Source of the DNA: Octopus sinensis
Lineage: Eukaryota
Assembly: GCF_006345805.1 (NCBI RefSeq)
Contig: NC_042997.1
Location: 2,170,001 to 2,234,000, forward strand
Direction: 5' to 3'
Length of the DNA: 64,000 nucleotides
The position numbers and the translations under genes are program-made. Under the pieces are notes generated by a model, which saw only the letters and a program-made list of their open reading frames with translations, searched no databases and had not been told where the DNA came from. The stretch's first letter is position 1. Each line of letters begins with the position of its first letter. Below, one piece after another: positions 27,859-42,108 of the stretch.

Positions 27859-30800
27859 CGTAATCCATTATTTTTCCAAGCATTGTTATTATAAGATAAT
27901 TAATAATGTGTCAATTAATAATTTAAGATTGTAACTTATAAAGTACTGAAAGATAATATTTCAATTTTTCCATGTAAGTGATGATGATATTTCAATATTT
28001 TTCATGTTTAATTTCAATATATATTGTGATTGAATTATTTGATATTACCCATCCACACCAATTTAATGGCGGGGAATTTTACGATCTTGCTGGTTTCAGC
28101 ATGGCTCACCAAAAGTTACAAACAACAAGAACTTAAAGCCATCAGTTAACAGGCTCATCTTAAGTAACGTAGATTTTGAGTTGGTGATAAGAGCACTGAC
28201 CACTGCTAATCTATATCTATCAATAATTATTCAACACAACAGTAATTATAAAAGTACATCAGATGTGCCCAAGTTAAAATTACCTAAAACCAATTAATAT
28301 AAATTTCATTTTTGAAAAATCTGTTTTAATTAATTTTGAAATTTAGAAAGTAAATTAAGAATATAAGCAATTTTAACCAATGCCTTTTCTGGACAGCTTT
28401 ACTACATGCCTTCATTTCTGCCAATATAAACACAGCCAAAAATGACTGTATTTCTGCCCCAATGAATTTAGATGCACATATCTGAAGCACATAACTCATT
28501 AATGAACTAGCGTGATTAAATAATTAACTAAAAAGGAAAGGAAAGCAACTAAAGCAAAAAAGGCAGATATCAAGTTAATTAAAGCTATAAGAGAAAATTT
28601 ATAATAATAAAAGTTAAACTTACCCTAATACAAAAGCTTATTAAAAATAAAATGTACAAAAGTGAACCTCGGTGTAATTTGAACTCAGAAGGAAAAGACA
28701 GGCGAAATAGTGTAAAGAATTTCGCCCGGTGGACTAACGTTTCTGCCAACTCGCTGCGTCAGACGATTACCTTTCATTTTACTAATATATTCTTATATTA
28801 ACATTATTGCTTGGGGCGTTACTTCTTCACGTACTGACGTGAAATTTCGTGATATTTGAACTCATAACTTTATTTCTGCTATTTTTGTTCTATGCGACTA
28901 ACGATTCTTAATTCCTTAATGCATTATTCTATCATGTAAGCGCAAAAGAGTATACTTTTATTTTAAAATAAAATAAATCTTATGCTAATTGAAGATGAAT
29001 AAATGTCTTATTCCTTCCCTCTAGACCTCATATATTTTTATTAACTTTTCTCTACTGAACCAAATCTAGAACGATTTATGTCAAGGTGTAGCTGAGGACG
29101 TGTCCTCTTTGAAACTGTTAACAGTTTGAAAATTAGTGGTGATACTTGGAAGCTGCTGTGATTGACGAAATGGTGGACTTAAGAATATATTCAACTACTA
29201 CCGTAGTTGAATGATATAAAACATGGAACACTAATTTTCACTGCTCTTCAAAATTAAGCCCAACATATTTTCTCAAAAGTTATATATATATATACATATA
29301 TAATTCACATTTATAGAGTAAAAAGAAAAAGAGAGAAGAGGAACAAGCAAATGTAATATTTTGACGCTCGGGTAGAATGGAAGATTATTTTACGTTACGA
29401 GCCTACGAATTTCGAAAGAACGGCATAAGAGTAAATAAACAGAGAGAGATGTATGTACGCATGTATTTATGTACGCATACACCTATGCCTCTCTGTGTGG
29501 ATGTGTGTATGTGTGTACCCACTGCCTCCGAATGAGTCGTGTTAAAGAGGTAATTCGGACAAAATTCGTTCCATACAGGAGAAAGTATCTATATATTACA
29601 ATTTATTTGTGCAGACAACGTCTTTACTACGTATCGTGAAAAGGCATAACTACAAAATCTAGTGTACATGTATGTATTCAATTGAAGGATGTATAAGACT
29701 TGCCAATCACTGAAAATTATAAGATGAACAAATAAAGCATTGATATTCATGAAACCCATTATTAGAATTGAATTATATATTAATGCCTTTTTTATATATC
29801 ATTTGCTAACGAAGATATTGGAATAGGGCATATAATTAAAATTTGCGTAATCAGAATAAGAAAAAATTACTTACCAGTTGTAGTTTCTTACTGATAATAT
29901 TTCATGAAAATTGTGGATCAAGCTATGATAAATCAATGTGCAATAATACAAAAGGCTTCATTATATAATTCTGTCATTTAAATTCAAATAACCGATTTTT
30001 CGTTGTTAAAGTGAATTAATATAGCTCCTAGCATAATAGATGATTCCTCAAATAATATGACTAGATCAATTAAATTACATTACGGTCAATCGTTTTCTCA
30101 TTTGTAAAACTTGGAGGTGGGTTAGTCGATTATTTTGATCCTATCATACAAGCTGTTATAGGGCGTTTGAAACCGGAAGAAGGGAAGAAATGACGTATCC
30201 TCCAACAGGAAATAGGCTTTGAAGGTTTGCTGACAAGTTGACTCTGCTAAAGTTACAAGATGGTGAAGTGCGGGTTAAACCGGGCGTAGCTATGAGGTTA
30301 AGAAACGCAAATTTCACTTTGAAGTGGTATGAATACGGGACGCAAAATGAAAATTGTTTGCACTCATATGCACGCGCACATATACGCATGTATGTATTTG
30401 CATGCATATTTATATTATAGATAGAGACGTTAATGAAGAATGTAAAGTTAATCATCCCTAAATCTTATTTAATATAGAAAGTATTTTCTTCATATATTCT
30501 GACTAGAGTTTCTGTCAATAAGTGTCTTAGAGCCTTTTGATGCAATTGTTTTGAGCATCTAACCAATTGATACTAAATCAATTGAAGTATGGGAGACCGG
30601 GTCTAGTTGTTACATTTTGATTTTTTTTTTACTTGGCACCCACATAAATGAACACAGTCTAAGTTTCTTTTCTGATTTAATTAGTAAAATATCTCTATTG
30701 GTAATACCAGCAAAAACACCCAGAAATTACATAACATTAATTAGACAGGTTCTAATTAATGAGGTAGTGTCAGCTGTAGCAATTTTCCCCGAGTGTGGGG

Positions 30801-31088
30801 TACATCGTGACAATTGCTGGTGTACTTTGTTACAACTGATGATAACTCGGAATTATATTAACAAACAAGTTTAAAATGAATACGTCTCCTGATTCTTGTA
30901 TAGTTAAGTTAAGAAAATAATAAAAAAATCTGTGATTGGGAATAGAATAGATCCCCGGTCTTACTTTTCTTCATTGTGTATCTTATTAATATTTTGCATA
31001 CACCAAGTCCTCGCGTTGTTACTTTTTGTCATCTTTCTTCTCCATATCTTAAAATCCTATACATACATACATGTATATATATATATAT

Positions 31089-31122
<34 letters not shown>

Positions 31123-31139
31123 ATATATATACATATAAT

Positions 31140-31255
<116 letters not shown>

Positions 31256-31528
31256 TGTTATAAAATATTATAATAATCCAGGTTTCTCGGGGCACTGGGC
31301 CACTTGGTGTTGAATAGGTGTACTATTAAATTAGTATCTAATTCTCTCACCCTTAGTAATTAATTATAATTATGCTGCATTTATTTCTAAATGTAGTATC
31401 TGTTTCCGTGAAAGTTTGGCGCGCTGTTGGTAGGGTCATTTGAATTATAAAGTCGGACGTAATCAATTGAACCACACGTGTATTTATCGTTATGGTAAAA
31501 TCTGGTGTGTGATTGAGTGGATCTCATC

Positions 31529-31622
31529 CAGATAGTTTTGGCTGAGGAGATACAAGTGAGTTATTGTGAGTAAAATTACATTTAATTCATTAATAGCGAA
31601 ACAATTGTCCCAAAATAATCTG
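31529..31622 (+). ncRNA. Type I hammerhead ribozyme (motif D) inside a ~520-bp block flanked by (TA)n
   Basis: cagatag-ttttgg-CTGAGGA-gata..atagc-GAAA-caattg-TC-ccaaaa-ta-atctg. P1 is 6 bp plus a G-T pair and a 5-bp extension, P3 is the palindrome CAATTG, GUC cleavage after 31609. P2 has one mismatch. Confidence 0.8.
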
Positions 31623-31776
31623 TATTTTTGTTATTTTTTATTTGCCCTGTTCGTGAGAGCTAACAATTGTACTGACTTTCATGGGAAACATGTATTTTTG
31701 TGGTTGAAACCTATTGGATCTATTACTAGTGCTAGAGTGAGCCACATAGTGACCACTCTCTTATATTTATTATTAT

Positions 31777-31826
<50 letters not shown>

Positions 31827-32483
31827 ATGTAATCTACATTCACTTCAGTCAAGTGGTTAAATTGAGGCACCTTGTTACGACGAACTTATTCGTAGACTCA
31901 CACAATATTAGGTGAGTATCAAACTGCATAAATGTTTTCACCCGATATTCATGCAGTGTATACAGATGGTACAATACAACTTGAATTAATCCGCTCTTGT
32001 TTGTGGAGACATGTACTTTATATAAATATACTTTCCAAATACTTCCGAAGTGCAGATTCAAAGGCAGGTGAGTAAAATATGAGTAACAGAGATGTATAAG
32101 TTTCAATTTCTTAAGAGTTCTTTAATTAAACAATGGAAGCACTATATTTTTATAGAGAACCAACACTCATCAAATGACCGCATAACCTTCACGAATAAAG
32201 GAAAGTTAGATAATTAAACATATTCACAATACAGGTCAAATATTTACAATGATTCCGCTGCGAAATATTTTAGCAGAAAGAAAAAAAGACAGTACATTGA
32301 CAGACAAACCATAATAGTAGAGTTAACATAATTTTATATAATACTAACGATAATAACTTGAGAAATAATAACATAATCCTTAATAACATTTCTAGGAATT
32401 TAAACAGTATCACCTATGATGACACTATGAATACGAGTAATAGGGTTGGAAATAAAAATAATGTTATAATAACAACAGTATTA

Positions 32484-34017
32484 AATTAAACATCTCCATC
32501 TACTTCACTTTGATAATATTTAAAGGACTGATGTTACTCCTCCAGAAGAAAAAATAAATAAGAGTGCTGCTGCTATCGAATGGACAATATTTCGACATAA
32601 CGCGTGTCTTCCACAGGTTCAAAATAAACACCTGTTTCTTTAATTTGCCCACAAGGGTTTAACGAAGGGGGGGGGGTCATAGAACAAACAAAAAAATATA
32701 TAAATCATATGATACAAGATGAATGATAAATGAAAATGAAGCCCTACCTCGAGGTAGCATTACTTACGTCCTTTATCGTTTAAATTTCTTACCTTCCAAA
32801 ATATCCAGTCCATATTCTTTTATAAGTTCTTCATACTCTATATTATCCGGCAATCCTTTCATGTCATAGTTCACTCTCCAACACATGTATCCACCTTTAT
32901 AATTTTCTATTTTATTCTTCAATTTCTTTGATGTTAAAACATATACACGCCACTCCTTAATATTTGTCTTTCCTTCTACTTTAATAAACTTTGTGTCTGT
33001 TCATCATCGTTTATTTGTATTTTTTCTTTCAATTTTTCTGGTTCCTTCCTGACTTCTTCCTGATTTTGTCAGTCTGTGAAGGGCAGACCACTCTAATGTG
33101 CCCCATTGGCCACATTTGAAACATCGCGGGATTCACCCTGACTCTTAAAACCACATACCCAATTGTTACAGTTTCTGCCATTTTTTTCAAGGTTTCCATT
33201 AAACCTTGTATAATATATCCAATGTTTGTCCTCTCCAATTGGTTGTTACTGTTTCCGTGGCTTGGAGAACGGGTATTTTATCTTCGTTTCCTAGAAGTAT
33301 AGCCGCCGCTAACCACTCCACATCTATTGTGGGTGGGATCCCCTCTACCCTATCACTGGAAGTTCTTCTTTTAAGGTATGTGTATAGGAGAACCACAATT
33401 TATGTCCTTAACTAGTTTACCAAACGAAGACAATTCAGACACACTTAGGTCTAAATAAAATAAATTCTTCCTTCCACTCATAGATAACTCTCCCCTAAAC
33501 GATGCGAGATAGCACAAATTGCTGCAAAGCAGCACAAAACAATGAACAAAGTATCTCTCAAAAATACCAGCACGAAACAAGCGATGCGAATGACCGATTA
33601 AAAGTAATCATCTCTATTTACGTCATTTTGGTAATATTTAAAGGGTTGATGTTACTCCTCCACAAAGCAATAAAGAAGTGTGCAACTGTTATCGAATGAA
33701 CAATATTTTGACATCTCACGTGTCTTCCGGAGGTTCAAAATAAACATCTCAATCTACTCCATTTCGTAATATTGTTTCTTTTGGTAATTATTCTCCTTTC
33801 TATAGCAGTCGCAATATTTCTATTGTTTCTTTTTGACTTTCTGGAGGAGTAACATCACCAATCCTTTAACTATTACCAAAATGAAGTAGATTCACATGTT
33901 TATTTTGAACCTGTGGAAGACACACGAGATGTGGAAACATTGTTCATTCGATAACAGTCACTCTCTTATTTATTTTTTTTTTACTTTGTGATGGAGTAAC
34001 ATCAATAATTTACATAT
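32484..34017. repeat. Composite block of a ~150-bp repeat unit (forward 32488-32640 and 33605-33775, inverted 33835-34012) surrounding an L1-like ORF1 remnant
   Basis: The copies share gatgttactcctcca..atcgaatgaacaat..gtgtcttccacaggttcaaaataaaca. Confidence 0.8.
32780..33480 (-). mobile_element. LINE ORF1 (gag-like) remnant with a CCHC zinc knuckle, L1/Tx1-like
   Basis: VEGIPPTIDVEWLAAAI, then PRCFKCGQ/GHIRVVCP across one frameshift (CX2CX4HX4C). Confidence 0.65.
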
Positions 34018-34044
34018 TAACAACAGTATTATTATTATTATTAT

Positions 34045-34140
34045 TATTCTATGTTTGACTTTTGCTTTATGTCTGTACAAGTTGGCTCCAAGTCTCACCC
34101 AGAGACCTCAAGAGACAACATGTTGGAAGTTCTGTGCCAT
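34045..34140 (-). mobile_element. 3' end of the R4/Dong-like family seen at 62935-63954, abutting (AAT)n on its own strand
   Basis: Reverse complement matches 63880-63954. Confidence 0.8.
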
Positions 34141-34182
34141 ATATATTTTTTTTTTGGTGTTGTACTAGTGTATGTCTAATAC

Positions 34183-34257
<75 letters not shown>

Positions 34258-34324
34258 CATTATTATTATTATTATTGCTATTATTATTATTATTATTATT
34301 ATTATTCTTATTATTATTATTATT

Positions 34325-34381
<57 letters not shown>

Positions 34382-34399
34382 CGCAGTTGCAGTTATAGG

Positions 34400-34760
34400 G
34401 AAAGATTCCTCTGCCAGTTATCAGTTGAATGTTTAGCCGAAAACTGTCGTTTATATATGTACAATACTGACAGAAACTAACAACATTGTTTATGACAGAT
34501 GCTCACTAAATAAGCGGTGGGGTGAATAACCATCTTTCGAAAATCTAGGAACGTAAAGACAAAACTATCGGTTTCAATCTGAAATGGTATTTCGTGCATA
34601 GAGCTCAAACATTCACAAATAGACGATACGGCTCTAGACTATGATGCATTAAACTATATATTTTTTAAATATTGAAATAAGAACAACTTAATAATAAATT
34701 AGGTCTTAGATTGTCATGTGTTCATCAGATTACTCGTACCTTTGAATACTTTAGAAGATG
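34400..34760 (+). mobile_element. Decayed PLE C-terminal fragment
   Basis: CL..VVY.C, then NLKWYFVHRAQTF, similar to 37800-37900. Confidence 0.45.
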
Positions 34761-36310
34761 ATAATTAATATATCATATATATATATTTTGTGTAAATTTT
34801 TTTTTTTTCGTTTATCTCCTTTGATATACTAACTCTTAGTAATCATAATATATATGTACTCAATCCCAGGAGTGAATCTGTTATATCACTGTAAATATAA
34901 ATATGCTTTTTCTATCCTAACATGTCCTTCATTTTCAACTCTCCCCTTATTGTAAAATATGCCCTATTTGACCTTTTACTATCATAGGTCAATCCTTCCT
35001 CTTTGTTGCATTTTAAATATATTTTCTTAACCTACATCTCACGATATTTTTACTTGTATTTTATCTCTATCATAACCCGTATACTTATTCCATCTAGTAT
35101 TAATAATCAATTAATATTATGTGTGTAACTATTTATATAACAATTCCATTATAATATATTCTTTTTTTTTCATTTTCTATTAACTTATTTCCTTTTTATA
35201 TTTTGGCATAGCATCGTTTATTGGTTTACATTTTTATAAATTATTTTAAAAAAGGAAATTTTCAATATAATTTTGTATTATAGTTTTTTTATTATAATTC
35301 TTCTCTCAGATGTTTTCTTATATTTTCTCGTATACTTTATAAAACTTATATAATATATCCTTATATTTCGAGATTTTATATACTCTTCAGATATTTTTCC
35401 TAATTTTCGTATGTTTATTAATACTTTGACAATTTTGAAACATTTTTCGTATATCCTACTGTGTATTGTGAAAGTAAAACTATTATATTTTTATTACACA
35501 TTATATTTTTATAGTTTATATAATTCGTTTTATATTTTCACGCCTTTGTATATATATATCTTTTATACTTTCAACATTTCCTTATATCATATTTTATATT
35601 TATATTTGTTTACGCTCTTATAATCTAATTTAAAAATTTTTTTATATCTTTATATTTATAAAGTTTATAGCATAAAAATCTGGTGGCAATTTATAATTTT
35701 CAATTTTTTTCATAAAAGTCGTTATATGCTGCAATCTTATATTATCATATATTAAACTATACATTATCCCCTTATTTAGTAATGTTTGAAATGTCTTTCT
35801 TGCCTTTATATATCTTTAAATCTATATTTTACTTTAACGGTATAAGTAAAGTAACTTACTCCTTCTATTTCTGTATAAACATATTCCACCCATAACTCTA
35901 AGTTATCCGTTGAAGAGGTATTCCTTTTAAAAACTTCATTTTGCACCTCCTTTCAGATGACATTTAAAATAATATTTATTTCCTATCGCTATCCCCTCTT
36001 TTCTTTTTATTAACACTACACCCCATCAAACATTCTCGTTTACTACCCATGACCTACACTCAGGTGTTGATATTGTCGGATGTACGGTTCTGGCTTCTTA
36101 GATAGTAGAAAGGTTTGTCATGGTATTAATTAATATATAACTCCCCAAAGTTCTAGTATAAGATATTTTGAAGTTTACATCCTCCCTATTGTAAAAATTG
36201 GCATCACTACTCTCATTTTCTTTCTGCCCAACAATTTAGCTACGGAATCATGTAAATATTTGCTCTCTATAATGAATGTGTTTAAATATATTTATACATC
36301 TTTGTTACTC

Positions 36311-36383
<73 letters not shown>

Positions 36384-36389
36384 TATGAG

Positions 36390-36422
<33 letters not shown>

Positions 36423-36453
36423 GAGTATATATATATGTATGAGTATATGTGAG

Positions 36454-36485
<32 letters not shown>

Positions 36486-36581
36486 TATGAGTATATGCAC
36501 TCATATGTATATGTATATGTATATGTTTCATTATGGGTATATACCCACACCTTTATAAGTATATATGTAATATAATTTGTA

Positions 36582-36708
36582 ATCTCCGAAGAGGCCTTAT
36601 GATGTTTTTGTAAATGTCTCATTTATAACTACATATTGACCTACCATAAATGGCTAATATGAGTTGAATGGGACATGTTTATCTACATGGCCGAAACAGC
36701 TGTAAGAT
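36582..36708 (+). ncRNA. Variant hammerhead motif (U4C) with a 100-nt helix II region
   Basis: atct-CCGAAGA-ggcc..ggcc-GAAA-cagctg-TA-agat. P1, P2 and palindromic P3 all pair. Confidence 0.6.
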
Positions 36709-36944
36709 ATAGTCTATATTTATATTTTTATATTTATATGTACTTATATTTATGATCTATTATACGTATTCTACTTATTGTATAACAATACTATTTTATG
36801 TACACTCCTTCATGTACACTGCTTTACCGTGCATTATTATGTTCAACCTTATAGTTTCTTATGTAGTGGTTTAATAAAGTATGTGATTGAGTATTATCTG
36901 GTAATTGATATTTGATTTCGATGTATTTCTCCATTTTCTTATTT

Positions 36945-36987
<43 letters not shown>

Positions 36988-36994
36988 TATATAA

Positions 36995-37239
36995 ATGCGC
37001 TCTTTTAAAATCCCAGCCAGGCTCATGGGCCCGGTTTCCCGGTTACTATGATGTATGTGTTCTCCAGCTGGACGGGGCGCCATCGCAGCGTTACTCATTT
37101 CTGCCAGCTGAGTGGCCTGGAGCAACGTGAAATGAAGTGTTTTGCTCCAGAACACAACGCGTCGCGCGGCCCAGGGGTAGAAACTATAATTTTACGACCA
37201 TGATGCTGACACCCTAACCACTAAGCCACGCGCCTCCAC
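36995..37239 (-). mobile_element. tRNA-headed SINE with a V/Meta-like gcgatgg..cccgtccag domain
   Basis: Head ggaggcgcgtggcttagtggttagggtgtc. The domain assignment is from memory and needs alignment. Confidence 0.75.
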
Positions 37240-37247
37240 ACACACAC

Positions 37248-37297
<50 letters not shown>

Positions 37298-37389
37298 GCA
37301 TGTATGTGTGTATGTATATACGACTGAGTAGACAAACGAAGCAAAGGCACAATTATAGGGATTTTCAAGCGTGTGGCTAGAAACATTTA

Positions 37390-37990
37390 ACCTAGAAGTT
37401 CCTAGTAACGCAGCCAGTGGTTTCCGGGCGTTACAAAAGCAACATATCCTCAGAGGTCATAAGTATTACAAATTATTCAACGACCCCGTAATGTCAAGGG
37501 AAGCTACACCTACTTAGACAACATCGCGCGCATCAACAGACATAAAAACCCACATATATAACTCCCAACCCCAACTTGCAACCCTCTAAACTCCTCAACT
37601 GCCCTCCAGAAAGATCCTACCTCCCATAGGCTATAGCATACAGAAACAGCCTTAAACAATCCGAGGGCATTTCTAGGCTCTATACGAGAATGACAGCCAA
37701 AATATTTCCCAGTACTTGCATTCATTTAGTTCCAAGGGCAGAGAGAATAGTAGTTCTTCCTCGCAATTTATCTCGAGACACCTTGATCTCCGAGACGAAA
37801 CACCCAGCATCAAATGGAGTATTATCAACAGGGTGATACCATGTTCACCTGGCACCCCTAATTGCCAGCTGTGCCTCCGCGACAAACTGCATATCATTTT
37901 CCAACCCGCAGTTGTCATCAACAAGAAATATGCGGTTTGTATTGATGTCATGAGGTTTACACCCTTCTGGAAAAGCCCAAACCACTGACC
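37390..37990 (+). mobile_element. Decayed PLE RT-end/GIY-YIG fragment
   Basis: HKYYKLFN, then PSIKWSIINRVIPCSPGTPNCQLCLRDKLHII (KW.I..C.LC..EK motif). Confidence 0.7.
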
Positions 37991-39028
37991 GCCGACAACC
38001 CGGATATACCAGCCTAAATATCAAGCAAACCTACCACTGCCTCGTTCAAGGTTGCCGTCACAAGTTAACCCCCATGACCAGTACCACAAATTACCAATCC
38101 TGAACACTTTTCCATGCATGTTTACTCGCAAACTGTAGCCTCTTGTACATCACCCCTTGTGCATGACCACACGAGTATATGTGCATCACTACGCATATGC
38201 ATCTGCTCCCCGTATGAATGCACACGGATGCGTATGCACGGGTGTACATATGTGAGCGTGTATTCCCATATACATGTGCAACCGTGTGTGTGCATGTATG
38301 TGCACGGGCACGCTTGTGTGTGCGCGGGCGTATGCTCGTGTAAATATGTGATGGAAATAGAGCAGTGCACGCTAGTGTGTATGTGTCCGTGTATGCATAT
38401 TTGTACGTGTGTGCATTCATCTGCGTGTCTGTGTGCGCGCGCGGTTTTGTGAATGTACACCTGAGCACATATAAGCATTCGTATAAGTACAGATGCATAC
38501 ACGAAGATACATAGGCACATACGTGTAGATAAATTCATACATATCCCTACATCTACTACCTCTTCGTACATCCCCTGCAACCACACGACCGGTTTCTTGT
38601 CCACCACGCGGCCGATTTCTTCTTCAACACGCGGTTGATTGCCTGTTCACCAGTATTTTCTAACTAATAGTTCTCGTTGAAATACACCAAACTACTGAAC
38701 AGTGTGATTTTCTCGACCAATCGCAAGCTAACGGACAGTAGTATGGATGGACGCTATTCAATAGAACTGTTATTCAGACCCAAATGACCGAAGACTAGCC
38801 GCACACTTGAAATTGAGAGTAACAAGGAGTCTGAAAAAATTGTTTTGACATATATGTCAAAAATATATATGTCAAAATATGAGACAAGATATATATATCA
38901 AATTGTTGAGACGAGATATTTTACACCTATTCAGATATATCTAACATCTATCTTTCATTAAAATTGCAATTGAAAGGTATAAATATTTCGTAAGTTATGA
39001 GGAAATAAACAAATATTTTTCCAAATTG

Positions 39029-40172
39029 CAATGGTGAAAAGTTAAGGGTCACTTAGAAATACAAGGAAAAATACAAAAACAAAAAAGAAACTCTTACTAT
39101 TAATATTTTCTGAACATCGCTTTACTATCAATGGCCTCCAGACGTGTTTTACCATAGGACTGCATTAATTTCTTGCAAAATGATGGAGTAATATTGTTCC
39201 ATTTGTTTTTGTATAATTCCCAAATTTTATCTTGGTTTTTTGGATTTGACCTTCACACCTTTCCTTCAATAAGATTCCAAACGTTTCTATAGGGTTGAGA
39301 TCGGGAATTTGAGGTGGCCAGCTCTAACCTCTTCATCACTTAAAAAGCTCTTTGACTCTCTTTGCAGCGTGATAGGGAGCGTTGTCCTGCACTAAGATAG
39401 GAGGGTGAACTGACGAGGATTTGAGATAAGGAAGGGCATGCTGTCTAAAATGTGATTGTAGTTTTGAGCATTGACGGTCCCTTGTAGATGAATAAGTGGA
39501 CAAGGTACAGCAGCAGAGATCACTCACCATACTTTTACACTGCCTCCTCCATACTTCACTTTCTACTTCACACATGCACGAGATAACCGTTCTCCACTCG
39601 TCGGACGTATGCCCCCCCCCCCACCATCAGAATCAATCACTTTAAACTTCGATTCATCACGAAAATGAATCTGCTACCACCGTTCTTCTGTACAAACAAC
39701 AGAGGTTTCTTTGCCGATACCGATCAAGCAACTTAGAACCACGTAATCTACGCGAAACTGTTTTACGCGATACGTTGACTTCGGAAGTGGAGCTAAGCTC
39801 GTGGGATATCTGGAAACTGTCATAATACGATACATTCTTGGTGAGGTCTTACGAGGTCTACCGGTTTGGGGTTTAGCATCCGTCGATCCTGATGACTTAA
39901 AACGAGCTACAATTCGTTGCACAACACTTCTAGACCTCCCTACAGTAGTTGCTTTCATAGAATTTGACTTGTCCTTTTGGTGAAGGCACACATTCATTTG
40001 TTTTACATCACAGGACAGGACAGTCTCTCACAAGCCTCCATATTGACAGTTGAATGTCCCAGTAATGTAAGATCATAAGGAGTAACTGTTACCCCATTAA
40101 CAGTCTTCGAAGCAACAAATACCTCGGTTAGTAGTTCATCCTTTCTAAGTGACCTATAATTTTTGGCCGCTG
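39029..40172 (-). mobile_element. Decayed Tc1 transposon with ~31-bp TIRs
   Basis: GRSRSVVQRIV..PQTGRPRKTS, DESKFKV, VQDNAPYHAAKRVKE and WPPQIPDLNPIE. TIRs caatggtgaaaagttaagggtcacttagaaa / tttctaagtgacctataatttttggccgctg. Confidence 0.85.
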
Positions 40173-40374
40173 CAATTTCGAGGTTTGCTTGGTTATTTCA
40201 TCATAACTTACAAAATATTCAGTTCTTTCACTTGAAATTTTCACGACAGATATATGCATATGTAAATATGTGTAAAATTTCTAGTCTCAACATGTTGTTA
40301 ATTTTCTATAGTAACTATTTCAATAGACTTGTGCTCAGTGACACTTATACTATGGCTGCTACTGTATATTTGTG

Positions 40375-40420
<46 letters not shown>

Positions 40421-40559
40421 ACTATATATGTGTAGTTATATGCTGAAATCTCAGAGTGAGTTTGAAACAATGTATACAATACATAAATACGTAATACACG
40501 CACGCATATATATATATATATATATATATACGTATACATATACACATACACACACACAT

Positions 40560-40624
<65 letters not shown>

Positions 40625-40949
40625 ATAAGAGAGAGAAGAGAGACAAAGAGAGGGGGAGACAGTGGGAGAATGAGACAACCCCGTTCCAATAAATTTTTAA
40701 GCAGTTTATTCATTATACTACCCGCCTGATTCGTGAATTCTTTACATTATATTCATTACATCAAATTAAAGGAAAAAGGGAGAAAAAATCAATAAAATAT
40801 ATATCGTTGACTAATACAGTATAGTAGGATTTGACCTAACGAAAGTCTAGACCGTGAGGCATTTTCAATATTAACAATTTCCACTTCACATATACAATCA
40901 TTGTATTACTAACTTATGAATATCATTATTTCCTTTTTCCATCTATTCT

Positions 40950-41280
40950 ACATGATTGTCATTATTCAAGAAAAAGAAAAAATAACAACAATATATATGG
41001 TAAATATGCACCACTAAATATGTTTGTTTACATCGAACCTGTGTAGAGGTTTCTTTTCGCAAATATTTAAAAAAAAAAAAGAAATCACCATTAATACATT
41101 GGGGTCCGTTGAATATTTTCTCGTCGCTACAATACACATATTCCCATTGTATCTTCCCAACACAAATCAATATTATCTATGAAGACAATACAGAAAATAC
41201 TTCGTGGCAGGAAACCATTTCGAATATCTACATAAACTTTAATGTATATATAATAGAGTGCTACAACTTTGCTTTTGGGC
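40950..41280 (-). mobile_element. Tc1/Tc3-like transposase fragment
   Basis: WEYVYCSDEKIFNGPQ..KYLRKE resembles W..V.FSDEKKFNLDGPDG..DLRKE. Confidence 0.6.
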
Positions 41281-41978
41281 ACTGTATTGATTTCAAATAT
41301 TAGAACAAGATTTTTCTATGTGGTAACCAAATTATGCGAAATAAATATTAATGTCGCATCATTAAAGCTTGTTGGGTTAACATTCAGATGGTAAGGTCAC
41401 TGTTCGTAGACGTCGTCGCTGGTTATATATGGATATATACATAGATGTGTGAGTATGTGTGTGTGTGTGTGTGTGTTTGTGTGCGTGCGTAAAACTCAGT
41501 CATAAACGCGAGTACAGCTTAAACTGACTTATATATTCAAATGAATTTCATACATTTAAACAACAATAGTATATTTATTTTAGTAGAGTGGTTGCTTTTC
41601 TAATAATGATTTTTACAGTATATGAAATCGATCTTATATTGTTAGTGTGTACCCTTCCCATGCAGAGAATTTCACTTTATATATATATGTGTGTCAGTGT
41701 GTGTGTTTGTGTCCTTGTGTGTGTGTGTGTACTTGTGTGTGTGTATGCGTGTGTGCGCGCGTGTGCACGTGTCATTTATATGTACTTGCATTCACCGACT
41801 TATTGAGTGAATGACCGGAACAACAATCGAATCGGAATTGCATGTCGATGGATAGAACGAGTCAGATAGGTATAGAGTGACAATTAAATTAAAGTACAAA
41901 GAAATTATAATAGATAAATAGAAAAAAAGGCAGACAAACGTATATATAAATGGGGGGACAAACAGACAGATTAGTAGA

Positions 41979-42062
<84 letters not shown>

Positions 42063-42077
42063 TACATACATACATAA

Positions 42078-42108
<31 letters not shown>

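Noticed and set aside
29091-29130. CTGAGGA..GAAA-ctgttaacag-TT with a 16-bp palindrome
   Set aside because: The core is present but helices I and II do not pair. At best a decayed motif.
33880-33960. TGGAAGA-cac..gtg-GAAA-cattg-TT in the 150-bp module
   Set aside because: The core deviates at C3 and U4 and helix I is only 2 bp, so it is not called a hammerhead.
34760-36300. Strand-skewed AT-rich stretch suggestive of an eroded LINE ORF (also 14100-15750, 48700-49250, 56400-56840)
   Set aside because: No motif could be read with confidence. It needs a translated HMM search.
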